A stretch of DNA of 61,969 nt, counting the filler, from Choristocarpus tenellus KU-1152 (lineage: Eukaryota > Protista > Phaeophyceae), in NCBI GenBank assembly GCA_964200185.2. It is 11 parts of 11 records of this genome, joined end to end, with 100 filler letters (N's around TTAATTAATTAA, not from the genome) between each part and the next. Parts side by side here need not be neighbours in the genome. Positions count along the whole stretch, not along the records: positions 47,039 to 61,969 come from CAXNAD020001094.1; 10 more parts are not named here. One strand, given 5' to 3'. Numbering within the stretch: the first letter of the stretch is position 1; each line of letters starts with the position of its first letter. The notes under the pieces were generated by a model. The model did not search any database and had not been told where the DNA came from. It saw nothing but the letters and a program-made list of their open reading frames with translations. A program made the translations under genes and the position numbers. This document shows, piece after piece, positions 53,901 to 61,969 of this stretch.

Positions 53901-56900
53901 CATCAGAATTTCAATTTTTCGATGTGGGGTGCTCCAACAGACACCAAACTTGACATGATGAAGCAGGCAAAGGGCACCCCTGTCACAAACGGGCATCTGG
54001 TTTTGGATCACTTTTAAGCTGTGTAAGAACTTTGGGAAGGTCTGACGAGGCCCAGCACAAATCGATATCATGTAATGGTCTTAACCAAGGTTTTCATCGG
54101 GCTGGGCAGTTTGCATATCCAATGTCGTCCATACGGCCGTGGGCTGGTCCGTGGCCGTGGCATGTTGAAATGTTCAATGGATATGGACTTGATCACGTTC
54201 GAACTTGGTTGTACATGGCCGACTAGTGGCCCAGTCGTGTTGATTAGGCGATGAACATGAACTTGGTCAAATTAGAACAATTCATTTATTCATCTATCAC
54301 TCAAGTAATATTTTTTTTACACTCAGCCCAGGCACGTCATGTCCATGCCTCCTACTTTACATTCATTTCTTCCTGAATATATTGCATCCTGTATTCAAAT
54401 TTCTATTGTAAGTACTACATTAAATAATATTTCTATATTTTTTGTTATTTTTAGAACATTAAACTTGAGTATTTAATACAAATATATTGTTCGGTGTGTG
54501 AGGTGATTTGTAATCAACTGGTAGTGGACATGGTCCCGACATGTCAGAAAAAATGAACTGATGGATGGTCGTGGTCCGGATATGTAAGGAAAAATGTTAG
54601 ACTGGCTAGCCAGTGTATCGGGACCAGTACAATATTTTGTAGACATGCTCTGGACATGTTAGATTAGATTTGACCTGGTCCGTTTAGCGGACATGGACCG
54701 GTTCAATACCCCGTAGACATGGACCAGGACCTGTCATGTAATTGCGGGACCAGTCCCGTTGGTGGACGGGACTTTTTTGATTTGCTGGTCTGGTGAAAAG
54801 TCCTGGTCTTAACCATAATGGATCCGTTGTTGAGGATGCACCACAGTGCCTCAATCAACTGGACATAATAGTAGCATCTCGTCGAAAAGAACAACCAAGA
54901 AAAGTCTCGCAAGTAGGGCTTAGTGCGATGGAAGCAGCCTCTGTGCTTGAATGGAACAGTAGAATGGGAGGTGGACATAACAAGATCAGGAATTAATGCG
55001 AGACGAGAGTTGAGTCGTCAAGCCTCCTCTTACCATGTAAGATGAGGGTCACCTCATCGAGCAGCTCCTGAAAGGGGGCATGTAAGCCTTTGACCCACGT
55101 GTACGGGTCGATCAGCAGAAGTGGTCTGACCTCGTTTCCGGGCATGTTGAAGTTTACGTTATCCCTTAAGGGGCGCCACCAGCGGGCCAAGTTACCAGGT
55201 TTAACTTTCTGGACACTGGATTCTTTTGCTCAATGTAGACAAGGGCTGGAGTCCCTCGGACAAAACATTGACCTTGTGAAAACGTGAAGATAAACCAAGG
55301 GTGTTGTGTTGAAACCCACAGGGTTCTAGTACACCCTCTTTGCACAATACTAGAATGTGCTGAACCTGAAGCAAGAGAAAAGGTAAATAGTAGTGTGTGT
55401 AGATGGATCCTTGGTAAAGAAGGGAATGGCCTTCCGGAGGTTAAGGAGGTAGTTCTTAGAGTCCACCAGTACGTTTTGAACCAAATTTTATAGAGCTTGT
55501 TGGCAGTATCTATGTAGCCATCTTCTCGGGCCTTCGTTAGCCCAGGGTTGGGCGTACTACCATGCTATTTCTTGCTGTATGGACGATGCTTACAGTGTAG
55601 TGGACTACACTTGGCGGAAACCTCGATATGCCTCCATGTCATCCTGCTTCTCTCCGGTGGCCGTGCAAACCAACTTCGTCAGCATCTCTCGTACTCACGC
55701 ATGATGTCCGATATCTTCCCAGTTTCTAGGAACATGAACTAGTGTGTTTGTTTTGCTGAATCTTCTAAGAGGAATCGCTTTGATTTCAGGATTAAGGATC
55801 GAGCACAATAGAGGTTTTTATTGTTATTGTACTTGTTCAGAAGTAGGAAGAACCTGGAAAGCGTGTTAGAGTGATGCTTGTGATGCTGATGTCATTGGGA
55901 TGACCACCAGAGTGAAATGGGATGATTTAAGGGTGGCATAAGGAGTGTTTGCTATATTGTGAGTGTTGTGCATGTGGTGAGAAAGGGTGAGCAGCAATCT
56001 GAGCAGTCATGGGAGGGAATACAGACTGGACAAGGTACTCTGCTCTGGGGTGAGTGGGTGGCAGTGTTTTTTTGCCTAGAGTTTTAATTAGTTTGCACCT
56101 GTTTTAGTCCACATATACACAAGGTGTATCTGTTCCTCTTTGCTTCCCAATATTATGGGTGGTGCCTTTTATGATATTTTTATGGCAATCCAATACAGCT
56201 CCTACAGTGAAGGAAAAGTACTACTTTGTGCGACATACATAGAGTTGACAACACAACACTTTTTCTTTTCCTAATAATTAGTTAATTTTATTATATTTGA
56301 ATGGAGTTACATTATTAGCTGGCTCTATAGAGGAATACAATTGCATCACTGCCAGGACGTCAGTCGCATACAAAATATATTTTTTGTCAATTTTTTTTTT
56401 TGGCACTTTATTGATCTTCTGAAAAAGAAGCAGTGCCCAGTTAGCTCATGTTCAACCGTCTCTCAGAGTTTTACACCGGTCTGTGTACTTGTGATGGGGC
56501 CAGAACGTGAGTGAGTTTTGAGTATTATTTTTATATTATTTTTGTCAGGTTCGGGTCGGGGCTGTACTAATTTTGGTCGGACAAGACCATATCTCAGTTT
56601 TGGTGAGGACTCACTCACTTATGTTTATAATATAATATAGTGTTTATACAGGTGATGGTGTAATGTGTTGGAAATTGTTTGTATGATGTAGCAGTTCCAG
56701 GGAGGTACAGAGCATTCCAGAGTGCAACAATTTGTTCAGGGCACAATAAAGCTCCTGCTTGATGGAATTACTTGGCTACAAACAGCTCATATGCGTTTAT
56801 GCAGTATTATATTTTATATTTAATGCTAGGCAGTAGTGTTGTGTTGCGTTGTTGACAGATGACTTGATGAAGAGGAGTATACTGTACTGTGGTAACCCTC

Positions 56901-59900
56901 CTAGCAGATTAGATGGGATAACTATACTGGTACAGAGAAGGAAATGTTAACAATTTGTAAGTTATATATTTTGTTTCATTACTTCGTTATTAAGATTGTA
57001 CTATTGTGAAACCGTTATTAAGATTGAACTATTGTGAAACCAGTAACAACAATCAGCTTGGCTAAAGGTTGGGGGAAGACAGTGTCATTTTTATTGCCGG
57101 AGCCTGGATGCAACATTTTGGGTGGACCTTTTTGGAATGTGTAGGTGCAGTTGGTGCAATATTTCCTACTTAAGTTTTGGAATTGGGTTGGCTCTGGCAC
57201 TGTTTGCAGTCCAGGTTGATTCCATACAGTAATCCGACATATTTTTTTTGTAACATGATGGTCCGTCATCTCTTGAAGCAGGTCTTCAGGCTCCTCTGCG
57301 AAACATGCTCTTCAGCTCGAAGCCAGAAACAATCCCCGATGTGCTCATTAAGGTATGTCCTGAACAAGGTATACCTCAGTAAGGTGCCCCAAACTAGTGA
57401 AGTTGTAGTTTGACTGTTTTTGGTGATGATTCTGTGTGATATGTGCTTGTGATCTCCTGTACCCACATGATACTGTTATCCCCATCACATCCACAACCAC
57501 AAAATTATTGGATACAAGTACCGTACTGGCAGCTTTAAGCACAATGCTCTTGACTGCAGGAAAAGTGCTGCTGGCACCAATTAGCTTCTGGTCGTGTAGT
57601 GCCTCATACAGCCTGCTTTTTATTTTTTCCTCATTTTCTATAATGATAATACATGGACAAAAAACATGTGTTATTGCAAGAAAAATATCAAGTTCTTTTT
57701 TGCAGTGCAATATATATGCAGGGTTAGGGTTGTAACAATATACATTTAGTTAGTGTTGTAATGACATACATGTAGTTAAGTCTTGTAATAACATCACAGA
57801 GATAAATAATATGGTGAACATCTGCCCAACCTGGGCTATTAGACATCGATACAACCATGGATTGCAGTTCAGTATTTGCCCATCAATTGTCAAGTCCAGT
57901 GTCAATCATGTCAATCATGTCAATCATGTCAATCATGCCAAGGACTCCTCTCCTGCGTAGTTAATATCTGCTTTGAGTATCTATTTTCCATTCGTTGGTG
58001 GGCGTCTTCTGGTGTCTTCCTGAGCAAGTACATCATTTGCTATTGTGAGCTATCTCAACTGATACTACTCTACAATCATACTCTACCGGTAATGGTGCTG
58101 CTACATCCTTTTCTTAATACTAGCAGTAATCCTAAGTGATAGTTACTGTTACTGAGTGACTATCCATTCATGGTATGATGCAAAAAACAGGATCTTGTAG
58201 AGCAGTCAGGTCGTGCTTCCAATGTCACGGGTCACCAAGACCCATCCATAGCAGGCCTCAAGCGCTCAAGGGATGAAGCAGAGCAGGGAACGGCTCCACA
58301 GTCTGCTGCCATGTCAATGGGGGTCAACACGTTTGTGGACAGAAATGGATGGTGAGAAGGGAGTTGGAATGTAGCTATGGGTTTGGTGTTTGGGGTCGTA
58401 TGTTCTTCTGTCTGTAGCAATGCCGGAGTATCACCCCCCTTGGATGTTGGCCATCTTCTTCGTGGTTCCTGAAGCATCTATTTGTCCTAACCCTAGCTCT
58501 ACCCAAATCTCATAGCTTTTATGAGTAGGAATAGTTCAGAGGTTGTGGGCATAGATAAGAGTGTTGAGGTCATAGGCACTTTTGGATATTATAATTACTA
58601 TTATCATGGTGTAGCATGGGTTGGGGTTAGGTTTAGGGCTGTTCTATTGCTGTGTGATACCTTGCATTTTTATTTTTTTCTGTAACTTAGTTTGCCTATT
58701 TAGGTAAAGATTATTAATACATTTACCTATAGAAGTGATAAAGCAGTACACATTATCCCTTCAAGTACCCCTCTCTTGCCCTTCATTTGTTCTCAGGGCC
58801 TCGGGCTACCGCATGCCCATGCAAGGTTCGATTGGGCAGGTGCCCATGGGACAGGGAGTGGACCTCGCCTCTATGTATATGACCCCTGTGGATGCTGCTG
58901 GGATGGGATATACTGATGATCCATCTCAGATCCTCTTAATGCAGGTGAGGACTATTATGATACCCTAATGCTAGAAGTGGAGTAATGCTATCCAGGTTAT
59001 CAAGTTTGAGAGGGTAGGCGACGTTGGAGTACGAATGCATCCTATTTGCTGAGAGTGGCATGTAGGAAGCATGTAGCTCGTCCTAGTGGTGTACATGTTG
59101 CTGTTCATGCGTGAGATCTTACCTCCTCATCATTGTTACAGTTGGTTATTATTACTGGTCTTGGCACTGTGAGGCACTACCTGTAAGTACACCAAAAATG
59201 GTGTGGCCAGGGAGCCCTCCATAATGAACCTGCTCTTGTCTGTGATCTAGTTGTCTGTCTGTGCTTGGAATCCTTCCTGTTGTAATTGTATTTGGATAGG
59301 GCGTGGCTGGAATGTTAAGTCTGGCAACTAGATCCAAGACACCCTTATGTGACTTCAACTACCAACTGTCAAATATTGTATCTGCTAGAGGTTTAAATGT
59401 AAAGGATAGGCTATCTGAATCCTAGAAGTGTTACCACTCACAAGTACTCGGTATTGGGGTTAAGTGTTGAAGAGGTGATGATCACGACTGAGGGTTAGGG
59501 TTGAAGTCAGATGTGCAGGTAAAGTGGTGCGCTTCCTGCTGTTTACGCTCTTTGCCACAAGAAGTTGCACTTGGAGTGATTCCTTTGTTGAATTTTTGTT
59601 GAGTTTGGGTACTTACAGAATTTTTGGTGGAAACAATGTCACTAGTGAAGGGTAATTGGATCACTTTGCCCTGCTGTTGACATATCTATCTCCATTGCAT
59701 GTTCCTTCTACTAGATTTGATACGCTTGCAGTTGAGGTATTGTCTGCGCCAACCGCATTTTGGGATCATGCCTTCCACATAGTGAACTCTCTCCCCCCCT
59801 GCACTGAAGAGATACTTCTGTCCTTCTGTTGCCTCTTTAGTCAACATTGTACATGAGACATTTGCCCTACCCCTAGAGGTTATGATGCACACAGGTTAGG

Positions 59901-61969
59901 TAAATGGATATTCTGCACGCATCCTTCCTCTCATGTCATACACTCTAGACTCTTTTGTTCCATACTTGACCAACTGTTCAGGTGGAAAAAAGGATTTGCT
60001 CCCAATGCCGTTAGTCCTGATGAACCCCCCATACCTCCCCCAATTTCAAGCAACCACCTGGATTTGGCGCAGGTATCCAGTCAGGTGTAATGCCACAGGG
60101 CTATGATGGTTATGGACATATGGCCCCACAAATGGGAATTTCAGGCATGGAACCCCTCCACCTGAGTGTCCCACAGCTTGTGTCTTACGCCCCAAACTCT
60201 GGACCACAACAGAATATGCATGGTCACGGACCACCAGGCTTACATGGACCAATGCAACACATGGGGGGTGTGCCCTCAGGTGTAGTTCCAGGTAATGGAA
60301 CACATGTTGCATTGTTGCATTGTGAACTAGAGCCGGGAAAACAGAATGTGACTGAGCATGGTTGTATGGCATAACTGCTGGTGTCCGTGTGTCGCCTTTT
60401 TTGTGGGTTAGGAGTGTTTTAAAGGGAGCAGCTTAATGTGAGACCAGCATGAAGCCTTATTTGGTGCACATATGTTTATACTTGTGGTACGGATTGCTAA
60501 GAGCTTTCCTGTCTGTCCCCATGTTTTGCAGAGATTGTACGAAGCCAGCACCTTCAACAGTGGGGTGCTATGCAAGGTGGTAACACTAACGAACAAATGC
60601 TTGGTGCAGTGGGAGGACTACCACACCACCCACCATCCCACCAGTCTCCTCATTCCTTGGCTCAAGCACAAGCTCAGCAGGTGAGCATATTATGGTTAAG
60701 CTAGCGAGGGGACTGTACATACTTTCAATGCAGTGTTTTGTATGTCTTGTATTGAGCGTTGGGTGGTGGACTCCACTTGTGAGACATTGCAGGCAGGGTG
60801 CCTATGCCATTGCTACCTAAGACCTTGGTTACCTTTGTTGCTGTACAATTTAGTGGTAGAGCAGACAGACAGGATCATGCTTGTGATGTATTTCCAGTTC
60901 AAGTGATTGAAGTGACCAGTCTTTTAATCCACCAAACCTCCTTTTTGAACCTTGCACGTGTTCCTCAGTCTTATCTGCAACATGGGATGCATTTCATGCA
61001 TTACCCACAGCCACAGGTCCAAAGTCAGCTGTCAATGGGAGGGCCGTTGGTTCCACAACAAATGCATATGGTTCCAGGTCTGGGCATGCAGGCTGGTACT
61101 GGGCATATGGGAAACCCTATGCTTCAACAGCATCCGTTTAACCCAATGCAGGTTAACTCAACAGTGATGCCTGGGATGGGCCAAGCTCCTCAGAGAGAAG
61201 ATAGTAAGGATCAGGGGAGTAACAATCAAGAAAGGGGGGGAGTATTGCATTGGCCAGAGGGGATAATGCAGGGAAGGCAAGTGTCTGATGCATCAGAGCT
61301 GAGGACCCTTCCTAATGTGGCTCGGTCAGAGGAGAACAACCGTAAGCCACAAGGGCAGCCCAGCCCCAAACTCCGCCAAGAAGGACAAGCTTCCCCCCCA
61401 CACTCAAGGGAAGAACCTTCACCATCAACATCCACAGATTCTGCAGTCAGGAGTGAGGAGCCTGAACTTGGGAAGAGTATTGTTGTGGACCGTGCTTTGG
61501 GTGGGGTTGCAGGAGATTCAGTGTCTGAAAGACGTGTCACATCTGCACCTCTCGAATCTCCAGCATCACCCACACCCCCTGAGTCGTCCCATAACCAGGC
61601 TAACTTCTCTGGTAGTTCGCCTACCCAAAAAAAGGTCACACAGGAAGGCAAGCTTTTGTGGGATGGCTCTGTGGGAGCTGGAGGATTCCGTGAACGAGAC
61701 CAATATGCCCCTGGCACACTGTCAGATACTGACTCGACATCTACTGTTAAAACTAGGTTACCAACAGCGGGAAGATCACCAAAGCCCCCCCTCAATGCCC
61801 CAGCCTCTCATCGTGCACTATCATCTTCCTGTGCAAAGGCCAGCTCTGGGCTTACCGGTTCCCCAACCCCAGTTATTGTCTGCTCCTCACATACTCCCCC
61901 TACCTCAACACCCCCCCCCTCCTCCTCCCCCCCCCCCCCCCCCCCCGCATCCCCCCCCCCCCCCACCCC
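50998..61969 (+). CDS. RWP-RK transcription factor with a QA tract, 3'-incomplete. Exons 50998-51180, 51308-52172, 53451-53675, 57282-57352, 58191-58351, 58797-58944, 60051-60291, 60610-60680 and 60969 to beyond 61969.
   Basis: All junctions are phase-compatible. The spliced domain reads [43 protein letters not shown], followed by a coiled-coil-like segment. The first intron is inferred to be GC-AG. Confidence 0.9.
51557..51811 (+). repeat. Coding hexanucleotide repeat giving an 85-aa (AQ)n-type tract
   Basis: GCN-CAR units with mixed synonymous codons. Confidence 0.95.
54800..55250 (-). mobile_element. Possible highly decayed copia RNase H remnant in RWP-RK intron 3
   Basis: [11 protein letters not shown] resembles copia SSTEAEYIALS. 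Confidence 0.4.
56986..57041 (+). repeat. 28-bp tandem duplication in an intron
   Basis: gttattaagattgWactattgtgaaacc twice. Confidence 0.9.
57900..57938 (+). repeat. 9-bp tandem repeat (tgtcaatca)x4
   Basis: Direct reading of the sequence. Confidence 0.9.

Noticed and set aside
61226-61795. 189-aa minus-strand ORF
   Set aside because: It is antisense to the last RWP-RK exon, which is open on + to the window end.

Overview
This is eukaryotic nuclear DNA, most likely from a brown alga (Phaeophyceae). That call is inferred from a brown-algal-style WSC C-terminus, many short exons in long introns, TTAGGG tracts and the transposable element (TE) types present. The window is not one locus: it is 11 contigs joined by 100-bp N44-TTAATTAATTAA-N44 linkers, so synteny across linkers is unproven. 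Spliced genes reconstructed by hand with phase-compatible exons are: an RWP-RK transcription factor with an 85-aa QA-repeat tract (9 or more exons, 50998 to the window end), MON2-like exons, HSA-domain (EAF1/SWR1-type) exons, a spinster-like MFS transporter and an RGS-domain protein. There is also a WSC-domain tail and an unresolved gene with a Q/P/G-rich exon. The rest is decayed TEs: Ty3/gypsy, Ty1/copia, RTE-like and REL-endonuclease (CRE/R2-like) non-LTR fragments, hAT, a plant-mariner-like transposase with DD40D spacing, and two abundant MITE families sharing AAAGTATCT termini and 3-bp target-site duplications (TSDs). I found no rRNA, tRNA or CRISPR array and no clearly novel multi-gene system. 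The best leads are the paired MITE families, a telomeric patch flanked by a 21-bp duplication, the QA-tract RWP-RK protein and a GC-rich contig of unassigned decayed ORFs.
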